A stretch of 64,000 nucleotides of DNA, from assembly GCA_963666275.2 (NCBI GenBank), contig CAXXOA010000002.1, forward strand, positions 1,664,001 through 1,728,000, given 5' to 3'. The DNA comes from Oceanispirochaeta sp. Its GTDB lineage: Bacteria > Spirochaetota > Spirochaetia > DSM-2461. Position numbers and translations under genes: made by a program. The notes beneath the pieces were generated by a model that saw nothing but the letters and a program-made list of their open reading frames with translations, was not told the DNA's origin and did no database searches. Positions 1 through 9,249 of this stretch are shown here, piece by piece (the first letter of the stretch is position 1; the number at the start of each line of letters is the position of its first letter).

Positions 1-952
1 CAAAAAACAGGGTGTGGCGGTTGTCTATATATCCCACCACCTTCCCGAAGTGTTTGAAGTGGCCGACAGGGTGACTGTTCTCCGGGACGGTCAGAAAATC
101 GCCACCTGCGATATTGAGGATGTCACACAGGCGCAGCTTGTGGAAATGATGGTGGGTCAGAAAGTGGATGATTTCTACAAACAGAACAGCCACAGCAAAG
201 GGGAGAAGGTTCTTCAGGTTAAAAATCTGACCCATTACGGCTTCATCCACAACATATCCTTCGACCTCTGCAGAGGGGAAATCCTGGGGGTTATGGGGCT
301 GGCCGGTTCGGGAAGAACCGAACTGGGACGCTGCCTTGCCGGAGCCGACAGGGTGGATTACGGAGAGGTTATTCTGGAGGGAAAAGAAGTAAAGATCCGG
401 AACATGAACCAGATGATGGAAAAAGGCGTCTCATATCTGAGTGAAAACAGAAAAACCGAGGGGCTTGCCCTGAGGCTTTCCAATAGAGAGAACCTGCTCT
501 CCTCCATTATTGACAGACTCTCGGTGAAGGGAATCTTCAAACCCCGCAAAGGGGATCCCATTGTGAAGGAACTCTACGAAAAACTGAGTATCTATCCGCC
601 GGATCCGACTGTGGGAACTTCCAACCTGTCCGGAGGGAACCAGCAGAAAATCCTTCTGGCAAAGTGGCTTTCGGCCAAGCCGAAAGTTCTGATCCTGGAC
701 GAACCCACCCGGGGTGTGGATGTGGGAGCGAAAAAGCTGATCCACGAAACCATAGTAAAACTGGCCGAAGAGGGAATGGCTGTGCTGCTCCTTTCCTCGG
801 ACCTGCCCGAGCTGGTCTCCCTATCCGACCGTGTGACTGTTCTCAAACAGGGCCATATGATCGGAGATCTCACCAAGGACGACGGATTTGATGAGAATAA
901 AGTCCTTTTGGCCGCCAACGGCGACAGGAGTGTGTTAAGTGTTGAGTACTAA
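1..952 (+). CDS. Sugar (CUT2) ABC transporter ATP-binding protein, 5'-truncated by window edge
   Basis: YISHHL H-loop, GLAGSGRTE degenerate Walker A, LSGGNQQK signature, LILDEPTRGVDVGAK; RbsA/MglA-type tandem ATPase. Confidence 0.93.
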   Translation, partial: KKQGVAVVYISHHLPEVFEVADRVTVLRDGQKIATCDIEDVTQAQLVEMMVGQKVDDFYKQNSHSKGEKVLQVKNLTHYGFIHNISFDLCRGEILGVMGLAGSGRTELGRCLAGADRVDYGEVILEGKEVKIRNMNQMMEKGVSYLSENRKTEGLALRLSNRENLLSSIIDRLSVKGIFKPRKGDPIVKELYEKLSIYPPDPTVGTSNLSGGNQQKILLAKWLSAKPKVLILDEPTRGVDVGAKKLIHETIVKLAEEGMAVLLLSSDLPELVSLSDRVTVLKQGHMIGDLTKDDGFDENKVLLAANGDRSVLSVEY

Positions 953-2027
953 TGCTATCAAAGTAAACGATGTAAGAAAAACAAAGCAGAATTCGGTCAC
1001 TGTTCTGATCAATAAATTCGGTGTTTTCTTCATGATCCTGGTTCTGGCTCTGATCGGGATGATCGTCTCTCCCGGATTTCTGAGCAGTACGAACCTGCTG
1101 AATATTCTGAATGCCGTATCCTATCTTGGAATCGTTGCGGTAGGTATGGGGTTTGTTATCTACTGCGGCCAGTACGGCGACCTCTCCATTCCCATGACCA
1201 TGGCTCTGACCGGGGTCATCAGTGTGGAGTTTATGCGCTACGGTCTGGTTCCGGCTTTCCTTATGGCTATCCTGACGGGTGTGGTGATCGGTATGATCAA
1301 CGGGTACATCATCGGTAAGTTCCGGACCAATGCCATTATCTGGACCCTGGCAATGAACTTCATCCTGGAAGGCCTTGTCAGATGGTCCTACAAGGGAACC
1401 CAGATCTATCCGGATATGGCCACGGCAAAAACCTATGAGACCGGTTTTTTCCTCCCCATCCTCTATAAACTGGACAAGCATATCCTGGATATAGATCTTG
1501 TCTCCCGGGCGGCTGTTTTCAACGGACTGGCCACCTCCTATCCCCTGGGGATCCCCCTGGTGCTCTACATCATGATCATTATGATGATCCTGGGGTATGT
1601 CATCATGGGCAAAACCACCTTCGGTAACCAGCTCAGGGTTGTGGGATCCAGTTTTGACGTGGGTAAAATGTCGGGCATCAATACAACCAGAACAGTTATG
1701 CTGGCCTTTGTCATGTCCTCCTTCTTTGCCTCCATCGCCGGAGTATTCATGACCTCCCTGAACCAGGTAGGAGCTTTCTACATCGGACAGGGCTACGACT
1801 TTCAGGCGGTTACCGCCATTATCCTGGGCGGTATGAGTCTGGCCGGAGGGCGGGGCAGCATGATCGGTGTGTTCGGCGGTGTCTTCACCCTGGGGCTGAT
1901 CAGCAACATTCTTACACTGATCGGGATCGGTACATTCACTCAGAAAATGATTACCGGTCTGATTTTTATCATAGTGGTGGCAGTGAATGCCAGATCACTG
2001 AGAAAGTTAGGACGGGATTATGCTTAA
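939..2027 (+). CDS. Sugar ABC transporter permease (RbsC/BPD_transp_2 family)
   Basis: Hydrophobic; DLSI, TTFGNQLRVVG...SGIN and AVTAIILGG-SLAGGRGS motifs; overlaps the ATPase stop. Confidence 0.9.
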   Translation: MLSTNAIKVNDVRKTKQNSVTVLINKFGVFFMILVLALIGMIVSPGFLSSTNLLNILNAVSYLGIVAVGMGFVIYCGQYGDLSIPMTMALTGVISVEFMRYGLVPAFLMAILTGVVIGMINGYIIGKFRTNAIIWTLAMNFILEGLVRWSYKGTQIYPDMATAKTYETGFFLPILYKLDKHILDIDLVSRAAVFNGLATSYPLGIPLVLYIMIIMMILGYVIMGKTTFGNQLRVVGSSFDVGKMSGINTTRTVMLAFVMSSFFASIAGVFMTSLNQVGAFYIGQGYDFQAVTAIILGGMSLAGGRGSMIGVFGGVFTLGLISNILTLIGIGTFTQKMITGLIFIIVVAVNARSLRKLGRDYA

Positions 2028-3126
2028 TTTGAAAATCAGAGACAAAAACGAGTTGATCAATTCGATCAACCACAACAGGATCTATATTTTTCTGGTTCTT
2101 GTGGTCATTATCATGTCCATCGGTTCCCATGGATTTCTGAAATCCACAAACATTGCTCCCATGATCAAAACCAGTCAGCTCTTTATGATGGTGGGAATTG
2201 GATTTACCTTTGTTATGATCGGAGGGAACTTCGACCTTTCCATCGGATCCATCATCAATGTGGGCGCTGTTATGGTCATGGGTGAGTTCAACCGCTTCTT
2301 CTATCTTTTCGGAGGAGATGCGGGGGGGACCGCCGCGGTGGTGTGGGCCTGGATTTTCGCTTTTATCATTGCCCTGGCCGCGGGATCTCTGGCGGGACTG
2401 ATCAACGGACTGTTTGTAGCCAAAGGGAAGGTTCACTCCTTTATCGTTACCATCGGTATGCTCACAGCCCTGTCGGGGTTTGTCTATACCTACTCCAAGG
2501 GAAACACCATCAGCGCCGACAGCTATCTGCTGGTGGATGTGATTGAAAAGCCATTCCTCAAGCTTCCCTATCTGGAAATCCTTACATGGAGATTTCTGAT
2601 CGTCGCAGTGGCTATAGCCTTTTTTGAGGTCCTTCTTATGAAAACCCGCTGGGGTAAGGATCTTTTTATGGTGGGCAGCAACACGGAAGCCGCCTGGCAG
2701 GCCGGGATCAATACAGACAGAAAAATTATTTGGAGCTTTGTTATTTCCGGTTTTACCGCTGCCTTCGGAGGGATTCTCTTTGCGGTATCCATGAATGCGG
2801 CGGTTCCCAACTACGGAGAGCGGGGAATCAACCCCCTTATGCTTGTCATCGCATCCACCATTATCGGCGGAACCGTTATGACTGGCGGATTCGGCTCTGT
2901 AGTGAAAACTGCTGTGGCGGTGATCACCATACAGGCCATTTTCAACGGTCTGATCGGTATGGGGCTGGGATTCGATTCCCAGGTTCTGGCGGCGGGAATC
3001 CTTCTGGGAGTCGTTGTTCTGGGTGAGGCTTATGCCCTTTACAAACAGGCTCTGAAAAGAGGAGAACGGCCTGCCCTTTTAAAAGAGGCGGAGCTGCTGA
3101 GAGCTGCGGCAAAAGGAGAAGCCTGA
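2020..3126 (+). CDS. Sugar ABC transporter permease
   Basis: FDLSIGS, HSFIVTIG, TRWGKDLFMVGSN.EAA..AGI and IIGGTVMTGGFGS motifs. Confidence 0.9.
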   Translation: MLNLKIRDKNELINSINHNRIYIFLVLVVIIMSIGSHGFLKSTNIAPMIKTSQLFMMVGIGFTFVMIGGNFDLSIGSIINVGAVMVMGEFNRFFYLFGGDAGGTAAVVWAWIFAFIIALAAGSLAGLINGLFVAKGKVHSFIVTIGMLTALSGFVYTYSKGNTISADSYLLVDVIEKPFLKLPYLEILTWRFLIVAVAIAFFEVLLMKTRWGKDLFMVGSNTEAAWQAGINTDRKIIWSFVISGFTAAFGGILFAVSMNAAVPNYGERGINPLMLVIASTIIGGTVMTGGFGSVVKTAVAVITIQAIFNGLIGMGLGFDSQVLAAGILLGVVVLGEAYALYKQALKRGERPALLKEAELLRAAAKGEA

Positions 3127-3449
3127 TGAAACGGTTCGGACAGGTTATTAAAGTCAAACCGGAAGAAAAAGAGAAATATGTCTACCATCATGCCCATGCC
3201 TGGCCGGAAATCAACGCCATGATCAAAGAGTGCCATATTCAAAACTACTCGATCTATCTGAAAGACGATTTTCTCTTTGCCTACATGGAGTATACCGGAT
3301 CAGATTTTGAAGGGGACATGGCCAAAATGGCCGCAGATCCCAAAACGCAGGAGTGGTGGGATCTTGTCAAACCCTTCCAGGAGCCCCTGGAAACCCGGAA
3401 AGAGGGGGAATGGTGGGCCGATATGGAAGAGGTCTATCACCTGGACTGA
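3126..3449 (+). CDS. rhaM: L-rhamnose mutarotase family protein
   Basis: Y..HH...WPE, NYSIYL, LFAYMEY, DPKTQEWW and MEEVYHLD match RhaM/DUF718; coupled via TGATG. Confidence 0.85.
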   Translation: MKRFGQVIKVKPEEKEKYVYHHAHAWPEINAMIKECHIQNYSIYLKDDFLFAYMEYTGSDFEGDMAKMAADPKTQEWWDLVKPFQEPLETRKEGEWWADMEEVYHLD

Positions 3450-3466
3450 GAGCTCCTGCTGTAGTC

Positions 3467-3533
3467 TGTAAGGGCAATTCATGAATTGCCCTTACAACTA
3501 CAGCCTTTACACCTGCAGCCCTTACACCTGCAG
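3467..3533. repeat. Perfect 30-bp REP-like palindrome followed by three 15-bp tandem units
   Basis: TGTAAGGGCAATTCATGAATTGCCCTTACA (3467-3496); CCCTTACAACTACAG / CCTTTACACCTGCAG / CCCTTACACCTGCAG (3489-3533). Confidence 0.85.
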
Positions 3534-3543
3534 CTTGCGGCTC

Positions 3544-3945
3544 CTACTCGCAGCTGCCGTCCTCGCAGTCCTTCAGGAGTATTTCCAGTGCTCCGATGGA
3601 CATCCCTACTTCTTTTATGGACAGTCCCAGAGATATGAGAAGGCAGATCAGGCTCACCGCAAATGTTATCTCTCCCACCCCAAGCAGATCTAAAAAGACA
3701 AGAAGCATGGTTGCCACACAGAGAAAAAAGGCGACAACTCCGAAGATCTGCATCTGCCGGATCAGATAGACCCGGGAGCGCAGATTCTCTATCTGAAGTT
3801 TGAAACTCTCTCTGTGATCCCCCGCATCTTTGGCATGAAGGTCCCGGATCAGTCCGGCAATAGTCAGATACCGGTTCGTATAGGCCAGAAGCAGCAGCGA
3901 TATGGCCGGAAACAGCAGCGCCGGCGTGGTCAGTGTAAATTCCAT
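3544..3945 (-). CDS. DUF2721 family small membrane protein
   Basis: MEFTLTTPALLFPAISLLLLAYTNRYL...QI..LR.RV.LIR.MQ typical of DUF2721; ATG 3945 with AGGAGAG SD; the longer ORF start lies in the repeat. Confidence 0.8.
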   Translation of the reverse strand: MEFTLTTPALLFPAISLLLLAYTNRYLTIAGLIRDLHAKDAGDHRESFKLQIENLRSRVYLIRQMQIFGVVAFFLCVATMLLVFLDLLGVGEITFAVSLICLLISLGLSIKEVGMSIGALEILLKDCEDGSCE

Positions 3946-4003
3946 GGTTCTCTCCTGAATTGGTACAGGTTGACCCTGTATAACCCATAATGTACACAAA
4001 CCG

Positions 4004-4087
4004 CCCTGTAGGGGCAATTCATGATATCCCTGTACGGGCAATTCAGGATATCCCTGTAGGGGTCATTCATGAATGACCCCTACAGGG
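4004..4087. repeat. REP-like cluster: two 24-bp half copies plus a perfect 36-bp palindrome
   Basis: CCCTGTAGGGGCAATTCATGATAT (4004-4027), CCCTGTACGGGCAATTCAGGATAT (4028-4051), CCCTGTAGGGGTCATTCATGAATGACCCCTACAGGG (4052-4087). Confidence 0.85.
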
Positions 4088-4922
4088 AATCCAGATTATC
4101 CCGGCGGTACTGCAGGGGGGATTTCCCCGTGTGCTTTTTGAAAAAACGGGAGAAGTAGTACTGATCCTTGAACTTCATGGCAAAGGCGATCTCTTTGATG
4201 GTTTTGTCCGAGAGGAGCAGATATTCCTGGGCCATCATCACCAGGGTCTTGTCTATATAGCTTTTAATGGAGTAACCCGTATCCTCTTTCAGGCTCCGGT
4301 ACAGGGTGGACTGGGAGTAGTTCACCATTTTTACCACTTCCGAAACCTGCAGTTCGGCTGAACAGTTTTCATTGATATACTTGAACAGGGGTTCGTACTT
4401 GATGACCCGCTCCATATGGGGGCGGATATCCATGCCGTACCGGACGATATACCTGGCAATAATCCCGTAAAGGGCGCTTTTGAACAGAACAATACTCTCA
4501 GGGGATTCCCGGCGGACCACATCCAGCAGGCTGCGGATCGAGTCTTCCGGTTCATCCAGGATCATGCACTCTTTCTTCCCGTCAAATATATCCACGCCCC
4601 TCATGAAATGGACTTTGAAGTGGATAAAAAACTGTATCAGCCGGGGATCGCTGGCGTAGGACCAGGTGGAGTTGGCGGGGATGAGATAGATTTTTCCGGG
4701 AACCAGAGGAACAGTCTTTTCGGAGTTGTAAACCTTCCCCCTTCCGCTGAGGATAAAATAGAGTCTGTGGAAAGGGGAGGTTATCTCTTTATGAATCCAG
4801 TCTTCTTTCAGGTCGCACTGGCCGTGTATCAGGCTTTCAATGGTCAGGTTATTCATTATGAAATCAAAATTCTCTATCTGCGAGATACTCTGATTGTCAT
4901 AACGGGTCAGTCGCATACCCAC
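4080..4922 (-). CDS. AraC family transcriptional regulator (cupin-like + HTH)
   Basis: N-terminal FHRLYFILSGRG...IYLIPAN; C-terminal TIKEIAFAMKFKDQYYFSRFFKKHTGKSPLQYR. Confidence 0.93.
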   Translation of the reverse strand: MGMRLTRYDNQSISQIENFDFIMNNLTIESLIHGQCDLKEDWIHKEITSPFHRLYFILSGRGKVYNSEKTVPLVPGKIYLIPANSTWSYASDPRLIQFFIHFKVHFMRGVDIFDGKKECMILDEPEDSIRSLLDVVRRESPESIVLFKSALYGIIARYIVRYGMDIRPHMERVIKYEPLFKYINENCSAELQVSEVVKMVNYSQSTLYRSLKEDTGYSIKSYIDKTLVMMAQEYLLLSDKTIKEIAFAMKFKDQYYFSRFFKKHTGKSPLQYRRDNLDSL

Positions 4923-4931
4923 ATTTTATTC

Positions 4932-5960
4932 TTAACTGATGCTTTTGAACAGAGCTTCAATATTTTCAGGGGGGATATCCGGCAGGATCGCTTCGTGGCT
5001 GGGAGACAGGACCAGTCCCGTGGGAAAGATCGTTTTCAGTTCTTTCACTTTGGCTGCCACATCCTGGCTTGAACCGTTCACAAGCAGGTACTGGGCGTCC
5101 ACTCCGCCGCAGAAAGCCACTTTATCACCGAACTCCTCTTTCAGGGACTGGGGTTCCATTCCCGCTGCCAGGGCCTGGATGGGATGGATCACATCCACAC
5201 CGGTTTCTATAAGATCCCCGATGATATCCCTGATGGCGCCGCAGGAGTGATGGATCACTTTAAGGCCGTAGCTGTGAGCCTGCTCCACCAGTTTCCGGGT
5301 GCCCGGCAGAACCAGAGTCCGGATCAGTTCGGGTGAAAGCATCAGTCCCTGCTGGCTCCCCAGATCGTTCCCGATAAGGACCGCATCCAGTTTGCCTCTG
5401 GTGGCTTCGTAGAAGATCTCATTGGCTTCCAGGTAGAAGTTAAGGATCCTGTTGATCACAGCTTCAAACATATCCGGTTCCAGGACCATTTTCATAAGGG
5501 CTGTTTCCATTCCGAAGGCGGCGCAGGCATCCTGAAAGTGGGCCGACCAGATCACACCCAGAACGGCTTTGTCTTCCGGAGCGGCTTCCACTGCTTTGCG
5601 GCACTCCTCGGGATCGATGTATTTTTTAGGATCAGGCCAGTCGAAATCATCGATTTTCGAGGGGTCTGAATAGTCTTCGAAAAAGCCGGGAGCCGTCAGG
5701 GTCCTCTCCTGCTCATCCCCTTCGAAATCCTTGGCAAAGTCAAAGGCCGCATAGATGGCGTTGCTTGTGGGGGAGTGGTAGGGCAGTTCAATGGGATAGA
5801 TATCGTCATTGATAGCATAAGTCATTTTCTCAATGTCTTTTATTTTAAAATAGCTTTTCAGGTTTTCCTGAGCGTCAGGCACGGGAAGTCCCAGCCAGCT
5901 GGCGGGATAATCTACCGGTTTTTTCTCGATTGTGGCAAAAAACCTCTCTTTGTGAGTCAT
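4932..5960 (-). CDS. Uroporphyrinogen decarboxylase / MtaA-CmuA methyltransferase family protein
   Basis: FDWPDP, NDLGSQQGLMLSP, HHSCG, HPIQ, FCGGVDAQ and SPSH...PDIPPENIEA motifs; SD AGGAGAG. Confidence 0.85.
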   Translation of the reverse strand: MTHKERFFATIEKKPVDYPASWLGLPVPDAQENLKSYFKIKDIEKMTYAINDDIYPIELPYHSPTSNAIYAAFDFAKDFEGDEQERTLTAPGFFEDYSDPSKIDDFDWPDPKKYIDPEECRKAVEAAPEDKAVLGVIWSAHFQDACAAFGMETALMKMVLEPDMFEAVINRILNFYLEANEIFYEATRGKLDAVLIGNDLGSQQGLMLSPELIRTLVLPGTRKLVEQAHSYGLKVIHHSCGAIRDIIGDLIETGVDVIHPIQALAAGMEPQSLKEEFGDKVAFCGGVDAQYLLVNGSSQDVAAKVKELKTIFPTGLVLSPSHEAILPDIPPENIEALFKSIS

Positions 5961-6056
5961 GTCATCTCTCCTTTGATTGGCATGACTCTATTGTAAGCCG
6001 GACTGGTCAGAACACAATGGACAGAATCTTTCGGGAGATGTACTTATTCGTCAGTC

Positions 6057-7250
6057 CTACCATTGGGCCGGGTAGAAACTCTCCACGTCAGATGCTGTGA
6101 TGATGTGCTTGGGCAGATAGGAAACGGGTTTGAGGCTGACTCCGTTGAGATACTGGGCCGCCGTGTAGGCCGCCAGGGCTCCATCCCCTTCGGCTGACTG
6201 ATAGGTTATGGCCGCCACATCACCGCTTTTGACAGCATCCATACCGATCCGGGAATTCCCGGCTGCGACTATGACAATATCCTCCCTGCCGGCCGCATGA
6301 ACAGCCTCCAGGGCTCCGGTCATGGAAAAACCGTCTCCCGCTAGTATCAGGCCGTTCAGCTCATTCCCGTATTTTGTTATCCAGGAGGAAACAAGCTGCA
6401 TGGTTCCCTCTGCTTCCAGATTGGCCGTATCCATTTCCAGAAGCTTCATATCCGGGGCATACTCGGAAAGCTCCGTAATAGGAGCATAGGACCGGGCAAA
6501 AAACGGCGAAGCTCCGGGCATATGGCGGATAATGGCATAATTCCCCTTCCTGTCCAGCCTGTCCGCCAGGTCCCGGGCCAGCATCCGGAACTGTCCCCAG
6601 TCATCCGGGCCCGTCCAGGCGATACAGAAGCGCATAGCCTCGTCTGTGGGGATTGTATTGGAGGCAATCAGGGGAATCCCGGCTTTGGTGATCTTCCGCA
6701 TCAGAGGGGTACAGGCCGTGGCGTCCACCGGGGCGATCACAATAATATCGGGTCTGTGGTTTATGGCCTGATCTGTCTGCTGGGCCTGGAGATCAATATT
6801 CCAGTTGGAATTGAGGACCTTCACATCCATCTGATAGGCTTCGGCAACCGCCTGGAAACCTCTGATATAGGCCGTCCAGTAGGGATGGTCACCGGCTTTC
6901 AGCAGGATCAGGCTCTTCCCCATGGCTCCTGTCCGGGGAGAAGGAGGGAAGGGGGCCTTTTCGGTATGCCATCCCGCATACTCTATGTCCCACCAGTGAC
7001 CCGCATCGCTCTCGGGCAGGCTCCGGGGATCTTCCGGCCGGGGCGGTATGGGCTTCTCCTCGCCGGGCTGAATCAGGAAGTGTCCGTCCGTTCCCTTCAG
7101 GTCCAGTACATTGACTCCCAGGGACTTCTTCAGATTGTCGGCCTTTACGGACTGACTCTCTTCTCTTCCTCCGCATCCTGTGATCAGCAGCAGGGCGCTC
7201 AGGCACAGCAGGATCATTCCAGTCTGGGCGGGATGTTTCATCTTTTTCAT
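6057..7250 (-). CDS. Sugar ABC transporter substrate-binding lipoprotein
   Basis: Lipobox LITGC; Peripla_BP fold motifs (HPYW, PDIIVIAPVD, AGIPLIASN, ITYQSA). Confidence 0.88.
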   Translation of the reverse strand: MKKMKHPAQTGMILLCLSALLLITGCGGREESQSVKADNLKKSLGVNVLDLKGTDGHFLIQPGEEKPIPPRPEDPRSLPESDAGHWWDIEYAGWHTEKAPFPPSPRTGAMGKSLILLKAGDHPYWTAYIRGFQAVAEAYQMDVKVLNSNWNIDLQAQQTDQAINHRPDIIVIAPVDATACTPLMRKITKAGIPLIASNTIPTDEAMRFCIAWTGPDDWGQFRMLARDLADRLDRKGNYAIIRHMPGASPFFARSYAPITELSEYAPDMKLLEMDTANLEAEGTMQLVSSWITKYGNELNGLILAGDGFSMTGALEAVHAAGREDIVIVAAGNSRIGMDAVKSGDVAAITYQSAEGDGALAAYTAAQYLNGVSLKPVSYLPKHIITASDVESFYPAQW

Positions 7251-8263
7251 GGTCTGTCATCCTTTCTGCCGTACTCTCTCATCAGGTGAATCCTCCGTCC
7301 CTTCTGCCTGTTGAACTGAAAACTGGAGTAGGATTCATAGAGCACCACCATGGCCAGAATCAGGCCGTTGATAAAAATCTGAACCTCGAATCCCAGGCCG
7401 AAGCAGCCCAGTCCATTGTTCAGCACCATAAGGAAAAGCACTCCCAGATAGCTTTTCAGGATGGATCCTCTGCCCCCGGTCATCAGACTCCCTCCTATAA
7501 TGACCGCGGAGATTACCTGCATAAGGGTTTTACTCCCCAGGATGGCATAGGAGGTCATGGAGGATATACTCATGGAGAACACCGCTCCGCCCAGGGCCGC
7601 CAGGGTGCTGCAAAGAACAAAGCCCCCGATGATATACCTGTCCCGGGGCAGTCCCGCCAGCCAGGCGGTTTCGGGGTTTCCGCCGATCATGAAAAAAGCC
7701 CGTCCCCATCTGGTCTGGGTCATAAAGAAACTGAAGAACAGCACCAGGAGGATCGTGAGAATCGAGAGGGGAGTCAGGATCTGAATCACAGGGCTTTCCA
7801 GCCAGTCGGCCAGGCTGAAATCGTCCACATAGAGGGATCCCCCTCCGCTGTAGAGATACATCAGTCCCAGAGTAATCACCTGGGTTCCCAGGGTGACTAT
7901 AAAGGAATTCAGCCCCGCTTTGACAACAAACAGGCCGTTGATCAGACCGATCACCGCACCCGCCAGCAGGGCTGCGGTCAGACTTCCCGCCCATCCCAGT
8001 GCGGGCTGCAGCCCTATGCAGAGCATGCCCGAAAGCATCAGAACTGATCCGATGGAAAGGTCCAGCTGTCCGAGAATCAGGATGATCGTAAGTCCGATGG
8101 CGGCAATCCCCGACAGGCTGGCTCCTTTGATAATGGAGCGGAAGTTGTAAACCGTCAGAAAATTGGGGGCGCTGAGAGAAAACACAATGGTCAGGAGGAT
8201 CAGCAGGATCAGAGCCTTCTGGTCCGCCAGGATTTTAACGGCCTTTTCCCGGGTATCAGACAT
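7247..8263 (-). CDS. Sugar ABC transporter permease
   Basis: LDLSIGS, NSFIVTLG, TRWGRAFFMIGGNPETAWLAG, IIGGSLMTGGRGS. Confidence 0.9.
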   Translation of the reverse strand: MSDTREKAVKILADQKALILLILLTIVFSLSAPNFLTVYNFRSIIKGASLSGIAAIGLTIILILGQLDLSIGSVLMLSGMLCIGLQPALGWAGSLTAALLAGAVIGLINGLFVVKAGLNSFIVTLGTQVITLGLMYLYSGGGSLYVDDFSLADWLESPVIQILTPLSILTILLVLFFSFFMTQTRWGRAFFMIGGNPETAWLAGLPRDRYIIGGFVLCSTLAALGGAVFSMSISSMTSYAILGSKTLMQVISAVIIGGSLMTGGRGSILKSYLGVLFLMVLNNGLGCFGLGFEVQIFINGLILAMVVLYESYSSFQFNRQKGRRIHLMREYGRKDDRP

Positions 8264-9242
8264 GGAGGGTCTCCCGGAGTTTCCTGTTCCTCTGATGGAT
8301 CGTTATCACTGCGATAAAGATCATTCCTGTGATGATATTCTGCTGAAAATAATTCAGCCCTAGAAGGGTGAGGATATTGCTGATCAGACCGATCACCAGT
8401 ACACCTCCCAGGACTCCCCGGACAGATCCGGTGCCTCCGGTCTGCATCATTCCTCCCAGTACCACTGCGGTGACGGCTTTAAAGTCGTATCCCTGCCCCA
8501 GGTAAAAGACGCCCATCTTGTTCATGCTCGTGATGAAAATACCGGCGATGGCACTGAAAAAAGAGGTGAAGAGGAAGGCATAGAGGGTATAGCGGGCCGT
8601 GTCTATGCCTGTAAAATCCGCCACATTCCTGGAGGAGCCCAGAAGGCGGAATTTTTTTCCCATCCCTGTTCTTGTCAGGATCAGATGGGTCAGGATGAAC
8701 AGAAGGATCATTATCAGAACAGAAAGAGGAATCCCTCCCGGGCTGATCCGGAAGATCCCCACAAATTTCTCCGCATCCTCCGTTCCCATGCCTTTCAGTT
8801 CCAGGATCTGGTCCGGATAGAGCTGGGAACTGCTCCAGACAAAGCGCATCAGCCCTTCCATAAAGTAGACCACCGCCAGGGTCCAGAGGATGGGATTGGC
8901 TTTCAGGCGTCCGATCACAAGGCCGTTCATGGCTCCCACAGCCATTCCCGCCAGTATCCCGAGGATCACGGCGGGAACAATCCCCAGAGGGAGGGAGGCA
9001 ACCGTAATGATGCCTGAAAAGGCCATATAGGTGGGAACAGACAGATCGCACATGTATCCCGTATAGACCACAAAGGCCATCCCTATGGAGGCGATTCCCA
9101 GAAGGGACACTCCCCTCAGGATATTCATGAGATTTCCCGGGGAGAGAAAGTGGGGGGAGAGGATCATTCCCAGAAGGAACAGGAGAAGGGCGGTCATGTA
9201 GATTCCCGCTTTTTCTATGAGAGAAGCCAGAGGTCTGTTCAT
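8256..9242 (-). CDS. Sugar ABC transporter permease
   Basis: DLSVP, GQGYDFKAVTAVVLGG motifs; ATG 9242 just downstream of the ATPase stop. Confidence 0.88.
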   Translation of the reverse strand: MNRPLASLIEKAGIYMTALLLFLLGMILSPHFLSPGNLMNILRGVSLLGIASIGMAFVVYTGYMCDLSVPTYMAFSGIITVASLPLGIVPAVILGILAGMAVGAMNGLVIGRLKANPILWTLAVVYFMEGLMRFVWSSSQLYPDQILELKGMGTEDAEKFVGIFRISPGGIPLSVLIMILLFILTHLILTRTGMGKKFRLLGSSRNVADFTGIDTARYTLYAFLFTSFFSAIAGIFITSMNKMGVFYLGQGYDFKAVTAVVLGGMMQTGGTGSVRGVLGGVLVIGLISNILTLLGLNYFQQNIITGMIFIAVITIHQRNRKLRETLHV

Positions 9243-9249
9243 TCGGATT

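Noticed and set aside
3467..4087. CRISPR array interpretation of the palindromic repeats
   Set aside because: No regular repeat-spacer pattern, no unique spacers, no cas genes; fits REP elements
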